Source: Pseudomonadota bacterium
GTDB taxonomy: Bacteria; Pseudomonadota; Gammaproteobacteria; Burkholderiales; Burkholderiaceae_C
DNA: 42,000 nucleotides
Assembly (NCBI GenBank): GCA_041181325.1
Contig: JBEGPS010000244.1
Location: 1 to 42,000, forward strand
Reading direction: 5' to 3'
Part shown: positions 28,307 through 36,779 of the stretch, piece after piece
Layout of the letters: every line of letters starts with the position of its first letter
Position numbering within the stretch: position 1 is the first letter of the stretch
Made by a program: the position numbers and the translations under genes
The notes under the pieces: generated by a model
Databases searched by the model: none
What the model was told of the DNA's origin: nothing
Seen by the model: the letters and a program-made list of their open reading frames with translations, nothing else

Positions 28307-28334
28307 ATTAGTAAAACTACTAGGTTTAATTAGT
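28307..28334. promoter_or_regulatory. Imperfect AT-rich palindrome, candidate ROK operator in the divergent promoter
   Basis: ATTAGTAAAAC-N6-GTTTAATTAGT (8 of 11 positions symmetric) between the divergent ABC genes. Confidence 0.45.
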
Positions 28335-28425
28335 CGAGATTCTGATTTAATCCAATCCCAGCAAGCGACGGGTCGCCTTAAACATTCAGCGCTGCTAACC
28401 CTAACTTAAACACTTGGAGATACAC

Positions 28426-29382
28426 ATGAGCATCAAGCGCACTATGGGCCGTCTGGCCATTGCAATGGCAACAGTCGGTCTGATGACTGCCGCTATGGCC
28501 GAAACCACCGTGGCCTATATCACCAACGGTAACACCAACGAAGGCTGGACGCTGATCAACGGCGGCGCCAAGAAAGCTGGTCAAGCCAAGGGCGTGAAAT
28601 TCATCGAATTGGCCGCTGAAAAAGGTGAGTTGTCCAAGCAATTGGCCATCGTTGAAGACATGATCACCCGCAAGGTGAACGCCATTGCTATCGCACCTGT
28701 AGACAGCGCTGGTATTGCACCCGCTATCAACAAGGCATTGGCCGCTGGTATCAAGGTCGTGGCTGTGGACACGGGTATCACTGGCGCCAAGATCACTTCG
28801 TACGTGGCTACCGACAACATCAAGGCCGCCATGGTCCAAGGTGATTGGGCTGCTGGTCAAGTCAAAGACGGCGACACCGTGATCTACATCACTGGTGATT
28901 TGGGTCAGTCCACCGGCCAAGAGCGTAAAAAAGGTTTCCTGGATGGCCTGAACGCCAAGCGCAAAAACGTCAAAGTAGTTGAAGTGTCCACAACATGGGA
29001 CCAAACCATGGCCCAAAACGGCGTGGAAACCGCTTTGCGCGCCAACCCTGGCGTCAAAGTGATTGCTTGCGCATGGGACGGCGGCGCTTTGGGTGCCAAG
29101 GCTGCGTTGATGGCTGCTGGCAAGAAAGCCGGCGAAGTCATGATCGCTGGTTTTGACGGTTCCCCAGGCGGCCTGGACATGATGAAGCAAGGCTGGCAGA
29201 GCGCCAACGCTGCGCAGATGTTGGCCAAGATCGGTCAAGTCGGCGTGGAAACCGCCATTGCTGCAGCTGAAGGCAAGACCGTTAGCGCCCGTATCGACAC
29301 TGGTTCTTTCCTGGTGTTGCCAACCAACGTGGACGCGTTTGCCAAAGACTCTGGCGTAGCGCAGTTCATGAAAGTGAAATAA
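28426..29382 (+). CDS. Sugar ABC transporter substrate-binding protein (RbsB-like)
   Basis: Signal peptide, AIAIAPVDS, VVAVDT, YVATDN and AGFDG; GGAG RBS. Confidence 0.93.
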   Translation: MSIKRTMGRLAIAMATVGLMTAAMAETTVAYITNGNTNEGWTLINGGAKKAGQAKGVKFIELAAEKGELSKQLAIVEDMITRKVNAIAIAPVDSAGIAPAINKALAAGIKVVAVDTGITGAKITSYVATDNIKAAMVQGDWAAGQVKDGDTVIYITGDLGQSTGQERKKGFLDGLNAKRKNVKVVEVSTTWDQTMAQNGVETALRANPGVKVIACAWDGGALGAKAALMAAGKKAGEVMIAGFDGSPGGLDMMKQGWQSANAAQMLAKIGQVGVETAIAAAEGKTVSARIDTGSFLVLPTNVDAFAKDSGVAQFMKVK

Positions 29383-29431
29383 GCAGCCCAACGTTTGAGC
29401 TGTAAATAACATTCACCTTGCGTGAATGAAA

Positions 29432-29460
29432 GACGACCGCCGTGTGGCGGTCGTCCTTTT
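29432..29460 (+). terminator. Stem-loop after the substrate-binding protein gene (partial terminator or mRNA stabiliser)
   Basis: GACGACCGCC-gtgt-GGCGGTCGTC perfect 10-bp stem followed by CTTTT. Confidence 0.7.
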
Positions 29461-29478
29461 GATTGAGGAAAAGAATCC

Positions 29479-30447
29479 ATGAAGTCCCCCGCACACCAAT
29501 TTGTCAACCAAATTACCCGCCAAGAATGGTACGGCGCACTGGTCGCCGTTTTGGTACTGGGAGTACTGCTGACGATTGCCTCCCCTTATTTTTTAACCAC
29601 CGGTAACCTGTCCAATATCTTGGTGCAGGCCTCGGTGATCGCGCTTCTGGCCGGTGGTCAAACCTTTGTCATCTTGACCGGCGGTGTGGACCTGGCTGTA
29701 GGCGCATTAACAGCGCTGGCTGGCGCTGTAGCCGGGCACATGATGATCAAACTGGGCATTGACCCCTATGTGGCCATGGCTGCTGCGTTTGGCATTGGCG
29801 CTGCCGTCGGGGTTTTCAATGGCTACCTGGTAGCGTTCGTGGGTATTCCGTCGTTCATCGTGACCTTGGGCGGCTTAACCCTGTGGCGCGGCATGGCGTT
29901 TGAGTCCACAGGTGGCTTTGACAACTCGGGCATGCCCGACCCGCTGCCTTTCATAGGTTATGGCCAGTTGCTCGGTGTGCCTATGCCAATCTGGATAACG
30001 GGCGTGTTTTTTGTGGTGATGGCGTTTGTGCTGTCCAGCACCAAGCTGGGCCGCTATGTGTATGCCATGGGCTCTAACGAGATGGGGGCGCGCCAAGTGG
30101 GCATCAACATCCGTTGGTACAAGTTGGGTGTTTACATCGTCTCTGGCCTGTGCTGTGCACTGGGTGCCATTGTGCTGATGGCACGTATGGATTCCAGTAG
30201 CGGCAAGATGGCGCAAATGTTTGAGCTTGATGCCATCGCCGCCGTTATTTTGGGTGGCACATCGCTGTTTGGCGGACGCGGCAGCATTTGGGGCAGCCTG
30301 TTGGGCGCGGTGCTGATCACCATGATTCGCAACGGCATGAACCTGATGGAAATCTCTCAGTTCAAACAAATGATGGCCATTGGGGCCGTGGTGATTATTG
30401 CGGTGTGGATTGATGTGATTCGCCGCCAACACTTGCTTAAAAAATGA
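29479..30447 (+). CDS. Sugar ABC transporter permease (RbsC-like)
   Basis: GQTFVILTGGVDL, IPSFIVTLG, GRYVYAMGSN and ELDAIAAVILGGTSLFGGRG. Confidence 0.95.
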   Translation: MKSPAHQFVNQITRQEWYGALVAVLVLGVLLTIASPYFLTTGNLSNILVQASVIALLAGGQTFVILTGGVDLAVGALTALAGAVAGHMMIKLGIDPYVAMAAAFGIGAAVGVFNGYLVAFVGIPSFIVTLGGLTLWRGMAFESTGGFDNSGMPDPLPFIGYGQLLGVPMPIWITGVFFVVMAFVLSSTKLGRYVYAMGSNEMGARQVGINIRWYKLGVYIVSGLCCALGAIVLMARMDSSSGKMAQMFELDAIAAVILGGTSLFGGRGSIWGSLLGAVLITMIRNGMNLMEISQFKQMMAIGAVVIIAVWIDVIRRQHLLKK

Positions 30448-31367
30448 CAACGCCAATCTATGTTTTAGGTGAAGCCCTAATGGACTGCGTAGCGCAGCCC
30501 GACGGCACGTTGCGTCCATTCATTGGCGGCAGCCCCTTCAACATGGCCCGCGCCGCGGCGTTACGTGGCGCACAGGTGGCGTTTTTAAATCCGTTTTCTA
30601 CTGACCGTTTTGGCGCACAAATGGTGGAGCAGCTGGGCCGTGATGGTGTAGCCCAATCCTTGCCTTCTAGCCGCCTGCCCACCTCATTGGCTGTGGTGCA
30701 AGTCACCAACGGACAGCCTAGCTACGGTTTTTATCGTGAAGGCATTGCCGACCGCGACTACACGGTAGACCAAGTGCTGACTGCATTGAAGCAAGTGGCC
30801 CCCGGCGTGTTGCACACCGGCTCATTGATGCTGGTTCCGCCAGAGCACACCAAAGTGTTGGCGGTGCTCAGCGGGGCGAAGGCTATGGGCTGGACCATCA
30901 GTGTGGATGTGAATTTGCGCCCCAAGTTGGCCGCCAATCTGCCAGAGTATGTGGCCGCAGTGCAAGCAGTAGCCGCACTGGCCGACTGGCTCAAAGCCAG
31001 CGATGAAGACTTAGAGTTGTTGGGCTTTGCAAGCCCATCGCGCAGCAATGCGCCAGATATGGCCCAGCACTTTGCAGCCCTTGGTGCAAGCCGTATTGCA
31101 CTCACCTTTGGTGCCGAAGGCGCATGGTTACAGGTGGATGGCCAATCGGCCCAGCAGGATGTGCCTCGCGTCACCGTGGTGGACACCGTGGGAGCGGGCG
31201 ACACTTTTTGGGGTAACTGCGTTGGTGACTGGACGTTGCATAGCGCAGATGCTGCCCAACGCGTGACCACTACATTGGCCAATGCCATGGCAGCTGCGGC
31301 AATCAACTGCACCCGCGCTGGGTGCCAGCCGCCCGCATTTGCCGAAGTACAACGCAACGCAGCATAA
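30444..31367 (+). CDS. PfkB-family carbohydrate kinase (fructokinase-like)
   Basis: GEALMD, GGSPFNMA, DVNLRP, KASDED and VDTVGAGDTF. Confidence 0.93.
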   Translation: MTTPIYVLGEALMDCVAQPDGTLRPFIGGSPFNMARAAALRGAQVAFLNPFSTDRFGAQMVEQLGRDGVAQSLPSSRLPTSLAVVQVTNGQPSYGFYREGIADRDYTVDQVLTALKQVAPGVLHTGSLMLVPPEHTKVLAVLSGAKAMGWTISVDVNLRPKLAANLPEYVAAVQAVAALADWLKASDEDLELLGFASPSRSNAPDMAQHFAALGASRIALTFGAEGAWLQVDGQSAQQDVPRVTVVDTVGAGDTFWGNCVGDWTLHSADAAQRVTTTLANAMAAAAINCTRAGCQPPAFAEVQRNAA

Positions 31368-31377
31368 TTTCTTGCAT

Positions 31378-31404
31378 AAAAAAAAGCCACCCGAAGGTGG
31401 CTTT
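31378..31404 (-). terminator. Rho-independent terminator (minus strand, possibly bidirectional)
   Basis: Minus strand GCCACC-TTCG-GGTGGC followed by T8. Confidence 0.85.
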
Positions 31405-31495
31405 GTGAAAGTCCCCAAAGGGACGTCGTTGGAACCTGTGAAACCCACCTATTACTTGGTAGTGTTTCGATCCTTGTGAACTGTGACAGCAGCTA
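31378..31495 (-). ncRNA. Putative small RNA
   Basis: A -10-like TAAAGT on the minus strand (31502-31507), an internal GTCCC/GGGAC hairpin and a strong terminator; no convincing ORF in this 200-bp gap. Confidence 0.45.
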
Positions 31496-31569
31496 AGTCG
31501 TACTTTAGTGCGAATGCCGCCACACCGGTATCCCCCAAATGGGTGAGTCGGCGCACTTTTTTTGCACAA

Positions 31570-32844
31570 TCAGGCGGTTTTCGGCAAGCGCACTTCAAAG
31601 CAGGCACCGCCGCCGTTTTGGTTACTGCAGCTCACGTTGCCACCGTGGCGCAGAGCAATAGATTTGACCAATGCCAGCCCCAGGCCCACACCGCCATCGC
31701 GCTCAGACGCGCCAGGCAAGCGGTAAAACGGCTCAAAGATACGATCTTGCTGGGCTTGTGGCACTCCGGGGCCACGGTCGCAAACTTGAATGACGGCCTG
31801 GCCAAGTTCGGAGTCGAGCCTGAGCACCACCTCGCCTGCGCCGTAGCGGCGCGCATTTTCCAGCAGGTTGCGCACTACGCGGCGCAACAACTTGGCCACG
31901 CCTGGCACCACCAGTGAGGCCACGCCCGTCTCCAAGCTGGCACCGCTGCGCGCGCATTCTTCCGCGGACAGGCCAACCAAATCAACAGGCTCAACCGTGC
32001 CCAGGTCGGCCTCTTTGGCATCCAGGCGGCTGGCCAGCAAAATCTCATCAATCAGCTGGTCCAACTCGGCAATGTTGCGTGTGATCTCTTCGCGTGCTAG
32101 GCTGGCGGGGTTGCCGCCCATGAGCTCCAGACCCATGCGAATGCGGGTGAGCGGTGAGCGCAGTTCGTGTGACGCATTGGCCAGCAACGATTTTTGCGAT
32201 GCCAACAGCGCCTCACGCGATTTCACCAGGGTTTCGATTTGCTGTGCGGCATGGTTAAAACGGGAGCCCAAAAAGCCCACTTCGTCATCACCGCCTTCAG
32301 GCACGCGCGCGCTCAGGTCGCCATCGCCCCACTTTTCTACTCCACGCTGCAAGGTTTCAAGTCGGCGGGTGAGTCGTCGCACGATCGGATAGGTGGCCAG
32401 AGCCACTGCTACGGCGACTAGGCCCAGCGTCCAGAAAAAGCCGAATGGCGCACGCCAAGACGTGTTGGGTGGGCGTGGCAGGTGCATGTGCACGGTTTGG
32501 CCGTCTTGCATCTGTACCAAAAATTCCGGGCCTCGGCCAAACTTGCTCGGTGTCTCAGTGTCCCCGTCGTCGGTATCTGCACTGCCGTTGGTGCCTTGCG
32601 CAGTTGGGTAGGGAGGGTCCTTGGCATAAGGGAGATGGTCGTGTGGGCCGCGCATATTGGGGGGCCTGCTGCCCAAGCGCATATGACCTTGTCCTATCAC
32701 TTGCCCCTCGCCATTGCGAACCACGACTTCGCGCAGTGGCGGCTCAGTGGTGGCGCGCCAAGCCCAGCCCACCATCAGCGTTAGCACAGCCACAGCCAAC
32801 ACCACGGCGAGCCAGATGCGGACGTAGAGTTTTTGAAGAAACAT
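31570..32844 (-). CDS. Sensor histidine kinase (CpxA/RstB-like, with HAMP domain)
   Basis: Two TM segments, HAMP, ANASHELRSPL, NLLENARRY, DRGPG and GVGLGL. Confidence 0.94.
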   Translation of the reverse strand: MFLQKLYVRIWLAVVLAVAVLTLMVGWAWRATTEPPLREVVVRNGEGQVIGQGHMRLGSRPPNMRGPHDHLPYAKDPPYPTAQGTNGSADTDDGDTETPSKFGRGPEFLVQMQDGQTVHMHLPRPPNTSWRAPFGFFWTLGLVAVAVALATYPIVRRLTRRLETLQRGVEKWGDGDLSARVPEGGDDEVGFLGSRFNHAAQQIETLVKSREALLASQKSLLANASHELRSPLTRIRMGLELMGGNPASLAREEITRNIAELDQLIDEILLASRLDAKEADLGTVEPVDLVGLSAEECARSGASLETGVASLVVPGVAKLLRRVVRNLLENARRYGAGEVVLRLDSELGQAVIQVCDRGPGVPQAQQDRIFEPFYRLPGASERDGGVGLGLALVKSIALRHGGNVSCSNQNGGGACFEVRLPKTA

Positions 32845-32861
32845 GGGCAACAAGCGCGTGG

Positions 32862-33578
32862 CTAATCTTGCTGGCGCGCGAACACATAACCCACACCGCG
32901 CACGGTAAGGATGCGTTTAGGATCTTTGGCGTCCAGCTCAATGGCGGCGCGTATGCGGCCCATGTGAACGTCAATCGAGCGGTCAAACGCTTCCAGCTCG
33001 CGCCCGCGCACAGCTTCCATGATCTGGTCACGGGTCAGCACGCGCCCTGCGCGCTCTGCCAGTGCCACCAGCAGGTCAAATTGGTAGGAGGTGAGCTCCA
33101 CCGCCGTGCCACTTACGCTCACAACCCGCGCGTCGCGGTCAATCTCCAGAGAGCCAAAACGCAATTGCGTGGTCTGGGTTGCGGCGGGTTCGTTGCTACG
33201 GCGCAGCACCGCGCGAATGCGGGCCAGCAGCTCGCGCGGCTCGAAGGGTTTGGGCAGGTAGTCGTCAGCGCCCATTTCCAGGCCAATAATGCGGTCCATG
33301 GGATCACCCTTGGCGGTGAGCATCAGCACCGGCGTTTGGGCCAGCGGGGTTGGCAGCGCGCGGATGCGGCGGCACACTTCCAAGCCGTCCATGTCGGGCA
33401 ACATCAGGTCCAGCACCACCAAATCGGGGGCCGGGCTGGAGCCAACGGCGCTCAAGTGAGCCAAGCCGGTTTTGGCGTCCGCAGCGTGGCTCACGGTAAA
33501 GCCATTTTGGGTCAGGTACTCGGCCACCATAGCGGCAAGCCGGGCATCGTCTTCGATCATCAGGAGGTGATTGCGCAT
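32862..33578 (-). CDS. OmpR-family response regulator (CpxR-like)
   Basis: LMIEDD, LDLMLP, LTAKG, GADDYLPKPF and FDRSIDVH. Confidence 0.95.
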   Translation of the reverse strand: MRNHLLMIEDDARLAAMVAEYLTQNGFTVSHAADAKTGLAHLSAVGSSPAPDLVVLDLMLPDMDGLEVCRRIRALPTPLAQTPVLMLTAKGDPMDRIIGLEMGADDYLPKPFEPRELLARIRAVLRRSNEPAATQTTQLRFGSLEIDRDARVVSVSGTAVELTSYQFDLLVALAERAGRVLTRDQIMEAVRGRELEAFDRSIDVHMGRIRAAIELDAKDPKRILTVRGVGYVFARQQD

Positions 33579-33622
33579 GCCACCAGTCTAGCCCTGTGCA
33601 GACCTTTGCCTATGCCTGCGGC

Positions 33623-33648
33623 TTAAAGTGTGGGTAAAGTTAGGTAAA
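33623..33648. promoter_or_regulatory. CpxR-type direct repeats
   Basis: GTAAA-N5-GTAAA (33634-33648) plus TTAAA (33623-33627), upstream of the CpxR-like regulator gene. Confidence 0.55.
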
Positions 33649-33651
33649 AAT

Positions 33652-33701
33652 TGCTATAAAAATAATAGCTGATTACGCATGCTGTACGAGGGCTAGAGGC
33701 C
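33652..33701 (+). repeat. 50-bp dispersed repeat, copy 4 (intergenic)
   Basis: tgctataaaaataatagctgattacgcatgctgtacgagggctagaggcc. Confidence 0.85.
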
Positions 33702-33721
33702 CATTTCATGCCAATGACAGT

Positions 33722-35068
33722 CTATTTGATGCGGGAAGCCAACCACACCAACAGCAGCACCGGCACGCCCAGTACGCTGGTGGCGGTGAAGAAGTTGGCG
33801 TAACCAAAAGCATCCACAAACATGCCCGAATAACCCGCCACAAACTTGGGCAGCAACAGCATCATGGAGCTGAACAGCGCGTACTGGGTGGCCGAGTAAT
33901 TGACGTTGGTCAGGCTCGACAGGTAGGCAATGAATGCTGCCGACGCAATGCCACTGGCCAGGTTGTCTGCCGACACCACAAAAATAAGTGCGGTTACGTC
34001 GTGCCCCACGCCAGCCAGCCACGCAAACAGCAGGTTGGTGGCCGCGCTAAGTGCAGCGCCCAGCATCAGCACCCGCATCACGCCCATGCGCATGGCCAGC
34101 GCGCCGCCCACAAACGCACCTACCAGCGTCATCACCACGCCATACACCTTGGTGACAGCGGCCACTTCGTCTTTGGTAAAGCCCATGTCTACATAAAACG
34201 GGTTGGCCATAATGCCCATCACCACGTCGCTGATGCGGTAGGTGGCAATCAACCCCAGCACCAGCGCGGCCTGCCAGCGGTAGCGGCCAATGAATTCGGC
34301 AAATGGCTCTACCAGCGCACTGCGCAGCCATTCGCCGGCGTTTTGGGCGGGCGGCACCACTCTGAGGGCGGGCTCGCTGGAAAAAAGCACCGTCAGCACG
34401 CCCGGCAACATACTGGCCGCCATCACCAAATAGGCGGTTTGCCAAGCACCTTGCTGGTACAGCGCCGCATTGGGTACCTCGGAGCGTGCGGCAATCCACA
34501 GCGCGCCTGCACCGGCCCAGATCATGGCCAGGCGGTAGCCGGTCTGGTAGGTGGCGGCCAGGGCAGCTTGGTGCTGCGTGTCCGCCGATTCAATACGAAA
34601 TGCGTCCAGCGCAATGTCTTGTGTGGCCGAGCCAAACGCCACCAGCAGCGCACACCACACCACGGGAGCCAGCGCCAGCTTGGGGTCGGTGGTGGCCATA
34701 ACCACCAGCGCCCCCATGATGACGGCCTGCGACGCCAGCAGCCAGCTGCGCCTGCGCCCCAGCAGCCGCGTCAGCACGGGGATGGGCATGCGGTCCACCA
34801 GCGGCGACCAGACCCACTTAAAGCCATAGGCCAACCCGACCCAGCTCAAAAAGCCAATCGTGGTGCGGTCTATGCCCGCTTCACGCAGCCAAAAGCTCAG
34901 CGTACCAAACACCAACAATAACGGCAGCCCGGCAGAAAAACCCAGCGAGAGCATGCGCAATGACGCTGGTTCCAAGTACACCCGCAGTGTCTGACCCCAG
35001 GTGAGCTGAGGGCTTGTGGCCGGTTGGATTGTGGGTTTTGGCAAAGGAGGGTTGGAAGGCGCGTTCAT
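33722..35068 (-). CDS. ampG: Muropeptide MFS transporter AmpG
   Basis: LGFSAGLP, KWVWSPLVD, LGRRRSW, SATQDIALDAFRIE and SATQYALFSS. Confidence 0.92.
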   Translation of the reverse strand: MNAPSNPPLPKPTIQPATSPQLTWGQTLRVYLEPASLRMLSLGFSAGLPLLLVFGTLSFWLREAGIDRTTIGFLSWVGLAYGFKWVWSPLVDRMPIPVLTRLLGRRRSWLLASQAVIMGALVVMATTDPKLALAPVVWCALLVAFGSATQDIALDAFRIESADTQHQAALAATYQTGYRLAMIWAGAGALWIAARSEVPNAALYQQGAWQTAYLVMAASMLPGVLTVLFSSEPALRVVPPAQNAGEWLRSALVEPFAEFIGRYRWQAALVLGLIATYRISDVVMGIMANPFYVDMGFTKDEVAAVTKVYGVVMTLVGAFVGGALAMRMGVMRVLMLGAALSAATNLLFAWLAGVGHDVTALIFVVSADNLASGIASAAFIAYLSSLTNVNYSATQYALFSSMMLLLPKFVAGYSGMFVDAFGYANFFTATSVLGVPVLLLVWLASRIK

Positions 35069-35116
35069 CCGGGAATAATAGCGCTGCATCAACAACGCAC
35101 GAGCGCACCACTTTTT

Positions 35117-36004
35117 ATGGAAAACAACCTCATGCAATGCAGCAACCGCTCTTGTTTTATTCAGCTGGCCGCTCGGCCGTTGTGGTGTTGCGCTTTGTTG
35201 TGCATGCTGGCAGCGTCGCCTTTGGTGCAAGCCCGAGAAGGAGTGGATGTGGGTGACACGTCAGCCTTTGCCAAGCTGGTGCCTGCGCAGGAGATAGAAA
35301 CATCGTCGGCCCAGCAATACAGGCAAATGCTGGCGCAAGCCGCTGGAAAAAATGCGCTTGCTCCCGCTGGCAGTGAGCAGCTCAAGCGTCTGCGTGGCAT
35401 TGCACAAAAAATCATTCCCTTCGCTTTGGAGTGGAACCCTCGTGCCCGAGATTGGCAGTGGGAGGTGAACCTGATTGGTTCCACCCAAATCAATGCGTTT
35501 TGCATGCCCGGCGGCAAAATTGTGTTCTACACCGGCATCCTGAAATCGCTGCAGCTGTCGGACGACGAGGCCGCCGTGGTCATGGGCCACGAAATCGCCC
35601 ACGCCCTGCGTGAACACGCCCGCGAACGCATGGGCAAAAGCGCCGCCACCGGCATAGGTGCTAGCCTGCTCAGCCAAGTGCTGGGCTTGGGGCAACTGGG
35701 CCAAACGGTGACCAACTACGGCGCACAGTTGCTCACGCTGCAGTTCGGCCGTGAAGACGAATCCGAGGCTGATTTGGTGGGGCTAGAACTGGCCGCCCGT
35801 GCAGGCTATGACCCGCGCGCAGGTGTTACGTTATGGCGCAAGATGAGCGCGGCCAGCAGCGGGGCGCCTCCGCAATGGCTATCTACCCACCCGGCTGGAG
35901 AAACCCGCATCGCAGACATAGAGTCTCACTTGCCGCAGGTGATGCCCTTGTATGAAAAAACGCTGAAAGCGACTAACAAAGCGCCCAGTCGTACGCCACA
36001 GTGA
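35117..36004 (+). CDS. M48-family zinc metallopeptidase
   Basis: INAFCMPGGKI, HEIAH (HExxH), ESEAD and STHP. Start is uncertain (35117 or 35132). Confidence 0.92.
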   Translation: MENNLMQCSNRSCFIQLAARPLWCCALLCMLAASPLVQAREGVDVGDTSAFAKLVPAQEIETSSAQQYRQMLAQAAGKNALAPAGSEQLKRLRGIAQKIIPFALEWNPRARDWQWEVNLIGSTQINAFCMPGGKIVFYTGILKSLQLSDDEAAVVMGHEIAHALREHARERMGKSAATGIGASLLSQVLGLGQLGQTVTNYGAQLLTLQFGREDESEADLVGLELAARAGYDPRAGVTLWRKMSAASSGAPPQWLSTHPAGETRIADIESHLPQVMPLYEKTLKATNKAPSRTPQ

Positions 36005-36767
36005 TAGGCGCATGGTCGGAAAATTTGACGCCCTTAAAGATATCTACCGTTTTGGCTGTGTGGCCGATGGCTGGGGTCGCCAAGTGGTAGTCCAAACGCC
36101 ATCCCACGTTGTTGGCATAGGCTTGCCCCCGGTTGCTCCACCAGGTGTAGCAATCGTCAGTGGCGGTGGGCTCCAGGGTGCGGTACACGTCCACCAAGCC
36201 GCCCTCGGTGAGTAGTTTGCCCATCCAAGCGCGTTCTTCGGGCAAAAAGCCGGAGTTCTTCCGGTTGCCCTTAAAGTTTTTGAGGTCGATTTCTTGGTGT
36301 GCAATGTTCACATCGCTGCACAGCACAAATTCACGCTGGCTTTTGAGTTTTTGCAGGTGGGGGTAAAACTCTGCCAAAAACCGAAACTTGGCCTGCTGGC
36401 GCTCTTCGCTCGACGAGCCACTCGGAAAGTACGCGCTGATGATGGAGCGCTTGTGCTGAGGTGTGTCAAAGCGCAGTTCCACGTATCGACCCTCCGGGTC
36501 AAACTCTGGTGAGTTGTAGCCCACCACTACGTCGCTGGGCTCGTGGCGGGTGTACACCGCCACGCCGGAATAGCCCTTTTTTTCAGCAAAGTGAAAGTGG
36601 CCAGTGAGCCCGGCTAGTTCGTGGAAGCGGCCATCCACATCGGGATGTTGGGCTTTGACTTCTTGTACGCAAATACAATCGAGCTGCGCTTGCAGCAGCC
36701 ATGCTTCTAGACCTTTGCTGGTGGCTGAGCGGATGCCGTTGAGATTGAGGCTGGTTAATTTAAACAA
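35973..36767 (-). CDS. xth: Exodeoxyribonuclease III
   Basis: NLNGIR, QEVK, KGYSGV, DVNIAH, YTWWSNRG, GWRLDY and SDHAP. Confidence 0.95.
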   Translation of the reverse strand: MFKLTSLNLNGIRSATSKGLEAWLLQAQLDCICVQEVKAQHPDVDGRFHELAGLTGHFHFAEKKGYSGVAVYTRHEPSDVVVGYNSPEFDPEGRYVELRFDTPQHKRSIISAYFPSGSSSEERQQAKFRFLAEFYPHLQKLKSQREFVLCSDVNIAHQEIDLKNFKGNRKNSGFLPEERAWMGKLLTEGGLVDVYRTLEPTATDDCYTWWSNRGQAYANNVGWRLDYHLATPAIGHTAKTVDIFKGVKFSDHAPITVAYDWALC

Positions 36768-36779
36768 GGAAAAGTTCCG

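Noticed and set aside
28378-29412. 344-aa minus-strand ORF
   Set aside because: Antisense shadow of the strongly codon-biased sugar-binding protein gene; no recognisable motifs.
32445-33626. 393-aa plus-strand ORF
   Set aside because: Antisense to the well-supported response regulator and kinase; typical high-GC shadow ORF.
13981-33701. Possibility that the 50-bp repeats are a CRISPR array or IS ends
   Set aside because: The copies are kilobases apart, in both orientations and degenerate, with no spacers, cas genes or transposase in the window.
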